DNA from: Candidatus Woesebacteria bacterium RIFCSPHIGHO2_02_FULL_42_20
GTDB taxonomy: Bacteria > Patescibacteriota > Microgenomatia > UBA8517
Length of the DNA stretch: 64,000 bases
Direction of reading: 5' to 3'
NCBI GenBank assembly: GCA_001792535.1
Contig: MGGS01000013.1
Coordinates: forward strand, 64,692-128,691
Below, piece by piece: positions 8,679 to 17,545 of this stretch. Every line of letters starts with the position of its first letter. The stretch's first letter is position 1. The notes below the pieces were generated by a model. The model did no database searches, was not told the origin of the DNA, and saw nothing but the letters and a program-made list of their open reading frames with translations. A program made the translations under genes and the position numbers.

Positions 8679-9298
8679 ATTAACTTGTTTTTCTTTAGAA
8701 AGCCCTCCAGTTTTTTCTTTGTGGGACACTGCCGCCCTACGGATACAAAAAGACGGTTAGTGTCTTTCCAATATTTTTTTGGCAGAATTTTTATCAGTTC
8801 ACGCTCTGTTTGCTCTGGGGAACTTGTTTTCACCCAGCCGAGAAGGTTGGATATTCGATGGACATGGGTATCGACGGCTATTGCCGATACACCAAAAGCG
8901 CGGTTGATAACTAAGTTGGCAGTTTTTCTGCCGACGCCCGCAAGAGTCATTAGGCCTTCCCTTGTGTTTGGTATTTTTCCGTTAAATTTCTTTAAGATGA
9001 TATTTGATAAGAGCTTTAGCTGTCTAGTTTTGGTTTTATAGAATCCGACCGGGTATATTAGTTTTGCAATTGATCTGATTTCTAATTTACCTAATTGCTC
9101 TAAGTTTGGTGCTTTTGCAAACAGGCGCTTAGACGCTTCCAAAGTTACCTCGTCGCGTGTTCGCGATGAAAGCATTGTTGAAATAAGTGTTGTGTAAGGG
9201 TTTTTGCCAAAAATTTCCAGAGGAACATGTTCGTAATGTCTTTTGAAGACGTTAAATGTTTTTGAGAAGTCATGCTTCACGGAAAGATTATACAACAA
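8675..9298 (-). CDS. HhH-GPD superfamily DNA glycosylase (endonuclease III-like, no Fe-S cluster)
   Basis: LAGVGRKTANLVINRAFG…VDTHVHRISNRLGW helix-hairpin-helix / GPD motif. The C-terminal four-Cys cluster is absent, having a single Cys. Confidence 0.7.
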   Translation of the reverse strand: MLYNLSVKHDFSKTFNVFKRHYEHVPLEIFGKNPYTTLISTMLSSRTRDEVTLEASKRLFAKAPNLEQLGKLEIRSIAKLIYPVGFYKTKTRQLKLLSNIILKKFNGKIPNTREGLMTLAGVGRKTANLVINRAFGVSAIAVDTHVHRISNLLGWVKTSSPEQTERELIKILPKKYWKDTNRLFVSVGRQCPTKKKLEGFLKKNKLI

Positions 9299-9350
9299 AA
9301 GGCCCGCGCCAGGCGGATACCTTTTGTTTTTTGTAATCTAAGATTTGAAG

Positions 9351-9488
9351 TTACCCTCCAATCTTAAACATGGTTGTGCCACAAACTTCGCACTTACCTT
9401 TCTTTGCTTTCTTCCCGTTCTTCATGGTGACATCCACCAAGTCCTTACCTTCTCTTTTAGCACGACATTTTACACAGTACATCGACAT
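9351..9488 (-). CDS. small zinc-ribbon protein (45 aa; CxxC…CxxC)
   Basis: Missing from the ORF track because it is under 60 aa. The product is MSMYCVKCRAKREGKDLVDVTMKNGKKAKKGKCEVCGTTMFKIGG. A strong SD (GGAGGGAGGTG) lies 8 nt upstream. It has two CxxC pairs and is lysine-rich. Confidence 0.5.
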   Translation of the reverse strand: MSMYCVKCRAKREGKDLVDVTMKNGKKAKKGKCEVCGTTMFKIGG

Positions 9489-9494
9489 CAATTA

Positions 9495-9764
9495 TCACCT
9501 CCCTCCACGTAGCCTAACTAAGTATAGCATTAGTTCTAAGCACAAAATAAGGCTAGCGAGCAGCAATGATTTAAGTAGCTCCCTTTTATGGCTCACGGCT
9601 AATCGAGGAATTGCCGATGTTTTGACGTTATTAGGCTTACTCGGGCTGGTAATAGCTTTGGATTTGGTAGTTTGCTTTTCCCCCTTGACAGCAGGCTTCC
9701 ATCTGACCAGAAAGTCGTAATTAACTTCCTCTTTTTGTCTTCGTGTCCGTTTCGCCATCTTCAT
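9495..9764 (-). CDS. hypothetical small protein (basic N-terminus, hydrophobic C-terminus)
   Basis: 89-aa ORF whose stop overlaps the SD of the zinc-ribbon gene. A possible TTGATA / TATTTT promoter lies upstream. No recognisable family. Confidence 0.25.
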   Translation of the reverse strand: MKMAKRTRRQKEEVNYDFLVRWKPAVKGEKQTTKSKAITSPSKPNNVKTSAIPRLAVSHKRELLKSLLLASLILCLELMLYLVRLRGGR

Positions 9765-9793
9765 GATCTAATCTCTCGATATAAAATACATTC

Positions 9794-9824
9794 TTGACAC
9801 TTATTTATCAAGATTGTGTATACT
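9794..9824 (+). promoter_or_regulatory. sigma70-like promoter (TTGACA-N19-TATACT, TG-extended)
   Basis: Consensus -35 TTGACA and TGTATACT upstream of the GTG start at 9840. It is divergent from the minus-strand small genes. Confidence 0.4.
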
Positions 9825-9839
9825 CCATAGCAAAGATAA

Positions 9840-10307
9840 GTGTCTGGACAAACAATAATATTAATAGCAATAGCGGTTTGGTTGCTGGCCCTGAGTGTGG
9901 TCTTTTATTGGATTTTGAGGCATTACCTAAGATTGGTGAAGGGGGCAAAAGAAGGTAATTTGAAGAAGATTCTGGATAATATAGTTGACTTGGAGACCAA
10001 AAACAGGAAAGATATATTAAGGCTTGAAAAAGAGCTTATTTCTTTTAGAGCGGCGAGCCAGGTTTTTGTACAAAAAGTGGGGCTTGTTAGATTTAACCCG
10101 TTAGGTGACTTTGGAGGCGAACACAGCTTTTCGCTGGCGATTTTAGACGGTAACGATAAGGGGTTTTTGGTGACAAGTATTCACGCAAGGGAGCGAACAA
10201 GGGTGTATGTTAAGCCTGTCAAAAATGGCAAAAGTAAGTATAAACTTTCCAAAGAGGAAGAAAAAGCTTTAAATGAGGCTCAAAAAAATGGTAATTATGA
10301 AGCTTAA
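9840..10307 (+). CDS. DUF4446 family protein (N-terminal TM anchor)
   Basis: 155-aa protein with a TM helix and the conserved …VGLVRFNPLGDFGGEHSFSLAILDGNDKGFLVTSIH… block typical of DUF4446. Confidence 0.55.
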   Translation: MSGQTIILIAIAVWLLALSVVFYWILRHYLRLVKGAKEGNLKKILDNIVDLETKNRKDILRLEKELISFRAASQVFVQKVGLVRFNPLGDFGGEHSFSLAILDGNDKGFLVTSIHARERTRVYVKPVKNGKSKYKLSKEEEKALNEAQKNGNYEA

Positions 10308-11508
10308 AGAATTATTAGGATCGGGGAAGGCGACTTTGGTGTTGGGTCTGTTGGGGTTGTATTTGTTGTCGGCCGGGACCTCTTGGGCGGTTTTTAGTTT
10401 GCTTGGGGAAAGCCCTGCCGGCAATGTTTTTGTGGATGTGGGAGAGCTTGAGTCTACCCGGTCCCAAATTATGCAATTACCAAAAACGGAAAGTTGTCCG
10501 ATAAATGGGAAATTGTATACAAAGCCAGAAAAAGCGATTTGGGAAACCCGACGGCCAATTGCGGCGATGATCGAAAATCACGCTGACTCGCGCCCCGTAC
10601 AGGGATTGTCACGGGCCGATGTGGTTTATGAGGCAGTAGCCGAGGGAGGGATAACCAGGCTTTTGGGAGTTTTTTATTGTGGTGCGGCCGGCAGCGAGGT
10701 GGAAATCGCACCTGTTAGATCCGTTCGAGTATATTTTGTTGACTGGGCTTCAGAATACAGCGAATTCCCGATTTTTATGCATGTCGGAGGAGCCAATGAC
10801 TTCGGAGGCTTTGGTGACACGGCAAAAGAAGCTCGCGCATTGGAACTATTAGCTTCAATGGGCTGGAGAGTTCCGGGTGGAAACGACTTTGATACAATCT
10901 ATGATTCTGGCTTCCCGGTTTTTTACAGAAATCCGGATAGGCTGGGGCACCCAATTGCTACGGAGCACACAATGGTTGCAAATCTAGACAGAGCGTACGA
11001 TGAAGCAGTTGACCGTGGATTCGCAAATAAAGACACCAGAGGTGATAGCTGGGATAAAGTCTTTATTCCTTGGAAGTTTTTTGAAGACAAACCGCTTTCC
11101 AGCCCGAAAGTGAGTGAAGTTTCATTTGAGTTTTGGTCGGATAGTCCGGATTACGACGTTAAATGGGTTTATGACAGTCAATCAAATAGCTATAAACGCT
11201 TTAATGGTGACAAATCGTATGTTGATCTGGAGTTTGATAATGTGCAGTTGACAAGTAAGAATGTCGTTGTGATGAGCGTAGTTGAACGCGGCCCCGTTGA
11301 CAGGAATAAGCACATATTATATACAACAGTTGGTAAAGGAAGCGCTTTGATCTACCAAAATGGCGACGAAATAAAGGCCACGTGGGAAAAGAAAAGCAGG
11401 ACCGACAGAACCAGGTTTTATGACTCGGCCGGGAAAGAAGTGAGCTTTGTAAATGGCGAGATTTGGATTGAAGTGGTTCCTAAAGGAAATAAAATAAACA
11501 CAAAATAA
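10273..11508 (+). CDS. DUF3048 (YerB-like) domain protein, secreted/lipoprotein-like
   Basis: RPIAAMIENHADSRPVQGLSRADVVYEAVAEGGITRLLGVF matches the DUF3048 N-terminal domain signature. The true start is probably the internal Met near 10297. Confidence 0.6.
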   Translation: MRLKKMVIMKLKELLGSGKATLVLGLLGLYLLSAGTSWAVFSLLGESPAGNVFVDVGELESTRSQIMQLPKTESCPINGKLYTKPEKAIWETRRPIAAMIENHADSRPVQGLSRADVVYEAVAEGGITRLLGVFYCGAAGSEVEIAPVRSVRVYFVDWASEYSEFPIFMHVGGANDFGGFGDTAKEARALELLASMGWRVPGGNDFDTIYDSGFPVFYRNPDRLGHPIATEHTMVANLDRAYDEAVDRGFANKDTRGDSWDKVFIPWKFFEDKPLSSPKVSEVSFEFWSDSPDYDVKWVYDSQSNSYKRFNGDKSYVDLEFDNVQLTSKNVVVMSVVERGPVDRNKHILYTTVGKGSALIYQNGDEIKATWEKKSRTDRTRFYDSAGKEVSFVNGEIWIEVVPKGNKINTK

Positions 11509-11545
11509 GTGGTATAATCAGTTGTGACTGCCTCATGGGAAGAAA

Positions 11546-12130
11546 ATGGCCGATCTTTCAGACATAATAACTTCAAAAGTTAGAATAAAAGTATTGAGGC
11601 TTTTTTTTGCAAACCCGACGGAGATGTACCATGTACGGGGAGTCGTGCGTGAGGTCGGTGAGGAAATAAACGCCGTACGGCGCGAGCTGGAAAGATTAGA
11701 GAAAGCGGGAATCCTCAAAAAAGAAGCCAGGGGAAATAGAATTTACTATTGGGTGCGCATCGACTATTCGATGTTTGGTGACCTTGTTTCGATGGTTGCA
11801 AAGTCCACTGGTCTTGGATTTCAGATTCTTTCCAATAAGTCTAAATTGGGTAAAATTGCCTTTGCAATGTTTTCTGGTAGGTTTGTAAGGTACAAGAAAA
11901 GAAAAAGAGACGAAGATGTGGATATTTTAATTGTAGGCGAGGTTACAATGCCTGAACTGGCCGCCGTTATCCGGGCTGAGGAGGCCAGGAGGAATGTGGA
12001 AATAAACTATACAGTTATGAGCAAGGAAGAATTTGAGTTTAGAAAAAAAAGAAGAGACCCTTTTGTTCAAAGTATATTGCTGGGTAGTCGTGTAATGTTA
12101 ATTGGTGACGAAGAAGACCTTGTTTCGTAA
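11546..12130 (+). CDS. winged-helix DNA-binding protein with C-terminal nucleotidyltransferase-like domain
   Basis: N-terminal ArsR/wHTH-like region (…VREVGEEINAVRRELERLEKAGIL…) followed by a small region with …DVDILIVGEV…. This architecture is common in CPR and archaea. Confidence 0.45.
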   Translation: MADLSDIITSKVRIKVLRLFFANPTEMYHVRGVVREVGEEINAVRRELERLEKAGILKKEARGNRIYYWVRIDYSMFGDLVSMVAKSTGLGFQILSNKSKLGKIAFAMFSGRFVRYKKRKRDEDVDILIVGEVTMPELAAVIRAEEARRNVEINYTVMSKEEFEFRKKRRDPFVQSILLGSRVMLIGDEEDLVS

Positions 12131-12150
12131 AAACCGATTCCCCTTTTACC

Positions 12151-13407
12151 ATGAAGAAGATATTGTTTATTATGTTTCTGACTGTTTTGGGGCTCGTGGT
12201 CGATTTGCCGATCCAGCCAGGGATTAATTTCAAACTTGGGAGCTTTGCTGTCCAGAGAAAGTTGGATTTGGTCTTAGGCTTGGACCTTGCAGGTGGGAGC
12301 CATTTAGTTTTTGAAGCTCAGGCCGGGAATTTGGACCCGGAGAAAAAAAAGTTGGCACTTGATGGGCTCAAAAATATTGTTGAGCGGAGAGTCAACTTAT
12401 TTGGGGTCTCTGAGCCCAATGTTTTGCTTTCTTCTTTTGAAGGTAATGATCGGCTTATTGTAGAGTTGCCGGGTGTCAAAGACACCAAAGAAGCAATAAA
12501 CATAATCGGTAAAACTGCAAAGCTCGAGTTTGCCACGTTTCAAGGTGAAGGTGAAGATTTTCAGATTGTACCTACCGACTTGTCGGGGGCAGATCTTACC
12601 GACGCCAGAGTTAGTTTTGACCAGACTTCCGGTCGGCCCGTAGTCTCAATTCAATTTAATAGCGAAGGCGCCGAGAAGTTTTCGAGAATAACCGAAGAAA
12701 ATATTGGGCAACCATTAAGTATTTTACTGGATGGCGAGATAATTTCTTCCCCGATAGTTCAAGAAACGATAACCGGCGGGGCGGCACAAATATCGGGAGA
12801 TTTTACGTTGGATGAAGCCCGAAACTTTGCCATCCAACTGTCAAGCGGGGCCCTCCCTGTTTCAATTAGTGTTGTGGAAGAGCGGACAATTGGGCCGACT
12901 TTAGGTGAGGAATCGGTTCAAAGAAGTGTTGAAGCCGGGCTTATTGGCCTTGCAATGGTATTGCTTTTTATGATAGCCAGCTATGGAAGGATGGGAATTG
13001 TGGCAAGTTTCGGGTTAATTATTTTTGGGATACTTTCACTCGCGCTTTATAAGCTGATACCCGTGGTAATCACGCTTCCCGGGATTGCAGGGTTTTTGCT
13101 TTCTGTCGGAATGGCTGTCGACTCCAACATCTTAATTTTTGAGAGGTTTAAAGAGGAGAAAATAAAAAGGAACACCAGAGACGCTTTGGAGGAATCTTTT
13201 GGGAGGGCGTGGGATTCCATAAGAGACGCCAATATCGCAACATTGATCACTGCTTTTATTTTGGCAAACCCCTTTGATTGGAGTTTTTTGCACACATCAG
13301 GGCCGGTTAGAGGATTTGCGATAACTTTGGCGCTTGGTATTGCAATAAGTTTATTTACCGGCGTTTTTGTCTCAAGAAATCTTTTAAGGTTGTTTATCCG
13401 GAGATGA
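12151..13407 (+). CDS. secD: protein translocase subunit SecD
   Basis: Periplasmic domain and a C-terminal 6-TM region with …LGLAMVLLFMIASYGRMGIVASFGLIIFG…. Confidence 0.9.
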   Translation: MKKILFIMFLTVLGLVVDLPIQPGINFKLGSFAVQRKLDLVLGLDLAGGSHLVFEAQAGNLDPEKKKLALDGLKNIVERRVNLFGVSEPNVLLSSFEGNDRLIVELPGVKDTKEAINIIGKTAKLEFATFQGEGEDFQIVPTDLSGADLTDARVSFDQTSGRPVVSIQFNSEGAEKFSRITEENIGQPLSILLDGEIISSPIVQETITGGAAQISGDFTLDEARNFAIQLSSGALPVSISVVEERTIGPTLGEESVQRSVEAGLIGLAMVLLFMIASYGRMGIVASFGLIIFGILSLALYKLIPVVITLPGIAGFLLSVGMAVDSNILIFERFKEEKIKRNTRDALEESFGRAWDSIRDANIATLITAFILANPFDWSFLHTSGPVRGFAITLALGIAISLFTGVFVSRNLLRLFIRR

Positions 13408-13410
13408 GAT

Positions 13411-14286
13411 ATGAACTGGATGAAATATAAATATTTTTATTTTTTGGTTTCCGCTCTCTTTGTCGGTTTGGGAATATATTCGCTTGTCCGGTGGAATCTC
13501 AATTTCGGTATAGATTTTACCGGAGGGGCGCTTATTGAGTATAGATTTGCCAATGAAATATCAACTGAAACTGCTTTGGGTAAAATTGAAGAAACCGGCA
13601 TCAAAATATCGACGGTCCAGGAGACGAGTGATAGAAGCTATTTATTTAAATCGGGGAACTTGCAGAGTGGGGACCGTGAAAAAATTAAAGACGCGTTGGT
13701 CAAGGAATTCGGTGACGGAATCGACGAGATTAAATACGAAAATGTCGGCCCTTCCATAGGCAGCGATTTGCTTAAAAAAACTGCTTATGCGATTGGCATT
13801 GCATCGGTAGGCATTTTACTCTGGGTAGCGTTTCAGTTTAAAAGTGTCAAATACGGTGTCTGTGCGGTTTTAGCTATGTTTCATGACAGTTTTATATTAA
13901 TTGGCATGTTTTCACTGTTGGGGCATAGATTTGGTGCAGAAGTTGATTTTTTGTTTGTTACGGCGCTACTTACGACTCTGTCTTTTTCGGTCCATGACAC
14001 AATAGTGGTTTATGACCGTATACGCGAATCGCAACGCAAAATTGGAGGAAGTATAACAGAAGTTTCAAATGTAGCATTGTCGGAAACAATGGTGCGTTCT
14101 TTGAATAACTCGTTTACTATAATATTTATGTTGGTTGCATTGATACTGCTTGGCGGAGTCACTATCCGCTGGTTTGCCGTCGCGCTTTTGATCGGCACAA
14201 TCTCGGGTACCTACTCTTCCCCTTTCGTCGCAGTCCCTCTGCTTGTCGTCTGGGACCAAGTTGCTTCGAAGTTAAGAAGGCGATGA
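13411..14286 (+). CDS. secF: protein translocase subunit SecF
   Basis: FGIDFTGGALIEYRF motif and SecF topology. Immediately downstream of secD. Confidence 0.9.
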   Translation: MNWMKYKYFYFLVSALFVGLGIYSLVRWNLNFGIDFTGGALIEYRFANEISTETALGKIEETGIKISTVQETSDRSYLFKSGNLQSGDREKIKDALVKEFGDGIDEIKYENVGPSIGSDLLKKTAYAIGIASVGILLWVAFQFKSVKYGVCAVLAMFHDSFILIGMFSLLGHRFGAEVDFLFVTALLTTLSFSVHDTIVVYDRIRESQRKIGGSITEVSNVALSETMVRSLNNSFTIIFMLVALILLGGVTIRWFAVALLIGTISGTYSSPFVAVPLLVVWDQVASKLRRR

Positions 14287-15615
14287 CTTGAGTTTTTTAA
14301 GTAAAACTTCTCTTTTATTTTCCAATTTTTTCTCAACTACATCTTCAAAAAGTTTGTTCAAAATTTCACCGACTTTCGGCCCGGGTTTTAGATTTAATTC
14401 TTTCATCACGTCGTTGCCGTCAATTTTAAGATCTCGGATACTAAAGGGCTGTTTTTGAACTTCAATTAATCTTCTTTTAAATTCCTCAAGTCTCCACGAA
14501 GTTTCTCTTGCCCCCCCGCCCAGTCTGTCGGCAACGCGCAGGGCCAGTATGTCAGGAATGTTTTCTACACCTACATTTTTAATAAATCTCCGGAGTGCTG
14601 CGTCTGTTTGATGCTCGTTAACCGAAAACATATGCCAGCGGACAAGTCGAAGCAACTTTTCTTTATCGATATTTGCAAGCCGGAGTTTGTCGGCGATTTT
14701 TGAAGCAATTTTTGTGCTTACCATTTCATGGTTATAAAAGGTGATTGTCCCGTCTGGAAGCTTTTTGTGGGTTTTGGCTTTACCAATGTCGTGAAGCAAG
14801 GTTGCAAAACGAGTGATCGGATCGGCCGATTGGCAGTTTTTTAAAGCCATTACAAGGTGGGTTCCCACGTCATAGAGATGATGTCTGCCGGGGGACTTTT
14901 GCTCCACGCCAAAATTTTCTTCAAATTCGGGCAACACTTCATGCATAAGGGAGGAGTTCTTTAAAATCATAACACCTTCATAGGAGTAACTTGCAGAAAG
15001 TGTTTTCAAAAGTTCATCACGGATTCGCTCAGCGGCAATTTGATTAATTAAACCGGAGTGAAGCTTCATTGCTTCGAAAGTATTTTCTTCAATGGTAAAC
15101 CCAAGTTGTGCAGCAAATCTCACTGCGCGCATCATACGAAGAGCGTCTTCGCTAAACCTTTCAGTGGGGTCTCCGACCGCGCGGATGACCCTGTTTTTTA
15201 TATCGTTTTGGCCACCGAAAAGGTCGATGATTTCATAGTTATCGTTTAACTTTAATGCCAGAGCATTGATTGTAAAATCCCGCCTTTGAAGATCTTCCTC
15301 TAAAGTTTTTCCCCAAAATACTTTATCGGGCCGCCGGTGATCACTGTATCCATGCTCTGTTCTGTATGTTGTTATCTCGTGAGGTTTAAAGTTTTCGCTT
15401 TTGATGCCGACTGTCCCGTATTTGTTGTCGTAAAAGGAGTCTTTAAATAGTTTTTGAATGTCCTCGGGCTTGGCGTTAGTTGTAAAATCCCAATCGTTTG
15501 ATAGTTTTCCCATAAGCAGGTCTCTTACAGCGCCGCCAACGATATAAACTTCAAATCCTTTACTTTCGATTTTTTTGCAAATTTCGACTACTTCTTCTGG
15601 TAACTTTGTTTCCAT
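14272..15615 (-). CDS. cca: CCA-adding tRNA nucleotidyltransferase with C-terminal HD domain
   Basis: VYIVGGAVRDLLMGKLSNDWDFTTNAKPED head domain and an HD motif (…LLHDIGK…). 447 aa. Confidence 0.85.
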   Translation of the reverse strand: METKLPEEVVEICKKIESKGFEVYIVGGAVRDLLMGKLSNDWDFTTNAKPEDIQKLFKDSFYDNKYGTVGIKSENFKPHEITTYRTEHGYSDHRRPDKVFWGKTLEEDLQRRDFTINALALKLNDNYEIIDLFGGQNDIKNRVIRAVGDPTERFSEDALRMMRAVRFAAQLGFTIEENTFEAMKLHSGLINQIAAERIRDELLKTLSASYSYEGVMILKNSSLMHEVLPEFEENFGVEQKSPGRHHLYDVGTHLVMALKNCQSADPITRFATLLHDIGKAKTHKKLPDGTITFYNHEMVSTKIASKIADKLRLANIDKEKLLRLVRWHMFSVNEHQTDAALRRFIKNVGVENIPDILALRVADRLGGGARETSWRLEEFKRRLIEVQKQPFSIRDLKIDGNDVMKELNLKPGPKVGEILNKLFEDVVEKKLENKREVLLKKLKSSPS

Positions 15616-15633
15616 TAAGTTAAATTATACGAT

Positions 15634-17304
15634 ATGAAGGCTATTAAGTGGAAGGTTTTGGGAAAACTCCAAAACTCCAAAACTCCAAGCAACAAAAAAG
15701 AGGAGATTGTAAATATTCTTTTGGAAAATCGAGGTATTAAGAAGAGACAAGAGCGAGAGGAATTTTTAAACCCAATACACCCCCGTGATTTGACTTTAGA
15801 AGAATTAAAAGTAGATAAGACTCAGGTTGAAAAAACAATCCGGAGAATTAAGGCGGCAATTGTAAATAAAGAAAAAATCATTGTTTACGGCGACTACGAC
15901 GCGGATGGAGTTTCGGGAACAGCTATTCTCTGGGAAGCGTTATGGGGATTAAAAGCAGATGTATTACCTTACATTCCGGAAAGGTTTTCGGAGGGCTATG
16001 GCCTTAATGCAGAGAGTGTAAAAAATTTGAAATCAAAATATAAAAATTTAAAGTTAATTATTACGGTCGATAACGGAATAGTTGCAAGAGACGCTGTTAA
16101 AAAAGCAAAGGACATCGGAATCAATGTAATCATTACAGATCATCACGAAAAAGGCGAGAAATATCCCGAAGACGCATTTGCGGTGATTCATACAAAGGAA
16201 ATTGGCGGTGCGGGAATAGCCTGGATTTTATCGCGGGAGATAAATAAAGATTTCGCTCTAGGCCAACTTGACCTGGCGGCTATGGGGACGATAGCAGACC
16301 AACTACCGTTAATTGGGCCAAATAGAAGTTTCGCTAAATACGGTATCCTCGCTTTGCGAGAAACAAAAAGACCGGGATTAAGAGAAATTTATAATCTTGC
16401 TTCAATTGATCCTAAATCCATTGATACATATCATGTTAATTTTATGATTGCTCCGCGAATTAACGCTATGGGCAGACTTGCACATGCCATTGAATCACTC
16501 AGACTTCTGTGTACAAAAAGCCCCACAAAGGCTCTTGAACTATCTACCTTGCTCGAGAAAACCAACAGAGACAGACAAAACTTAGTTGAGGAGACGGTCG
16601 TGCACGCGAAAGAGAAAGCCTTAAAAACCAATGAGAAAATAATAATTTTACATAGTGATAATTACCACGAAGGAATTATTGGTCTGGCTGCAAGCCGTCT
16701 TGTTGAAGAGTTTTATCGTCCGTCTATAGTTTTATCTATTAAAGGCGATATTGCAAAAGCCTCGGCCAGATCTGTTAGTGGTTTTAACATAATTAAAGCA
16801 ATTAGGTTGGTGAATGAATATTTGATCGATGGCGGCGGCCACGAAATGGCCGCCGGATTTTCAATAGAGACCAAAAATATTGAAATTTTTGCAAAACAAC
16901 TGATTCGTAAATCAAGAACTCTGTTGACGGAAAGTCTGCTGCAAAAAAGGCTCAAAATAGATGTGGAACTGGAACTGTCTGATGTAAGTTTTGATTTAAT
17001 TGATAAAATCAAACAACTTGAGCCGTTCGGAATCGGCAACCCTGCCCCTGTTTTCATGACGAGTAATGTACAGGTAACCGATGCGAGACTCGTCGGCCGT
17101 GAAGGTAAACATTTGAAAATAAAAGTTGTCAAAGGCAATATTGCTCTTGACGCGATTGCTTTTGGCAGGGGGGATATGTATTCGCAACTTGGTAAAGGCT
17201 CGGAGATCGATATTGCTTACAGCATCGAAGAGAATGAGTGGAATGGGACAAAGTCAATTCAACTAAAGGTCAGGGATATCAGATTTTTGAAAAGAGATAA
17301 GTAA
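15634..17304 (+). CDS. recJ: single-stranded-DNA-specific exonuclease RecJ
   Basis: DHH motifs (VYGDYDADGVSGTAIL, ITDHH), a DHHA1 domain and a C-terminal OB region. The N-terminus contains an AAAACTCC x3 tandem repeat. Confidence 0.9.
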   Translation: MKAIKWKVLGKLQNSKTPSNKKEEIVNILLENRGIKKRQEREEFLNPIHPRDLTLEELKVDKTQVEKTIRRIKAAIVNKEKIIVYGDYDADGVSGTAILWEALWGLKADVLPYIPERFSEGYGLNAESVKNLKSKYKNLKLIITVDNGIVARDAVKKAKDIGINVIITDHHEKGEKYPEDAFAVIHTKEIGGAGIAWILSREINKDFALGQLDLAAMGTIADQLPLIGPNRSFAKYGILALRETKRPGLREIYNLASIDPKSIDTYHVNFMIAPRINAMGRLAHAIESLRLLCTKSPTKALELSTLLEKTNRDRQNLVEETVVHAKEKALKTNEKIIILHSDNYHEGIIGLAASRLVEEFYRPSIVLSIKGDIAKASARSVSGFNIIKAIRLVNEYLIDGGGHEMAAGFSIETKNIEIFAKQLIRKSRTLLTESLLQKRLKIDVELELSDVSFDLIDKIKQLEPFGIGNPAPVFMTSNVQVTDARLVGREGKHLKIKVVKGNIALDAIAFGRGDMYSQLGKGSEIDIAYSIEENEWNGTKSIQLKVRDIRFLKRDK

Positions 17305-17498
17305 TTTTCTGGGTTTAGGATTTCCTGTGTATGTCAAAAGTGTGAAATAATATCTTGTCTTTTTGTATCGAGCTATTTCTCGTGGGCCTAATCGATCTTT
17401 TCTCATGTATCGCAAAATTTTATCTTGGTATTGCTTACCTCGATAGTTTGACTGTTTTTCACTAATGCGAACTAGATTATATCAAAGATAAAGTATAG

Positions 17499-17531
17499 CC
17501 CCTATAGTATTGCGCTAGGGGATTTAGATGG
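17499..17531. repeat. left copy (R1) of a 33-bp imperfect direct repeat flanking the six-gene island
   Basis: CCCCTATAGTATTGCGCTAGGGGATTTAGATGG is 28/33 identical to 23083..23115. It contains a CCCCTA…TAGGGG hairpin. Confidence 0.75.
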
Positions 17532-17545
17532 AAACTTTGTGCATT

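Noticed and set aside
8054-8729. ORFs 8054..8473 (-) and 8418..8729 (-)
   Set aside because: They are antisense to the CAP-domain gene, with low-complexity products. Chance ORFs.
9495-9764. Possible tmRNA or SRP RNA in the 9.3-9.8 kb non-ORF-rich interval
   Set aside because: No tRNA-like 3' domain (GGAGTTCGAATCTCC-type T-arm plus acceptor), no tag reading frame ending in LAA-stop, and no SRP domain IV motif could be found. The interval is better explained by a small zinc-ribbon gene plus a possible 89-aa ORF and divergent promoters.
15663-15686. CRISPR array
   Set aside because: The only short tandem repeats (AAAACTCC x3, AAAACTC x4) are contiguous with no spacers, lie inside coding sequence, and no cas genes are present.
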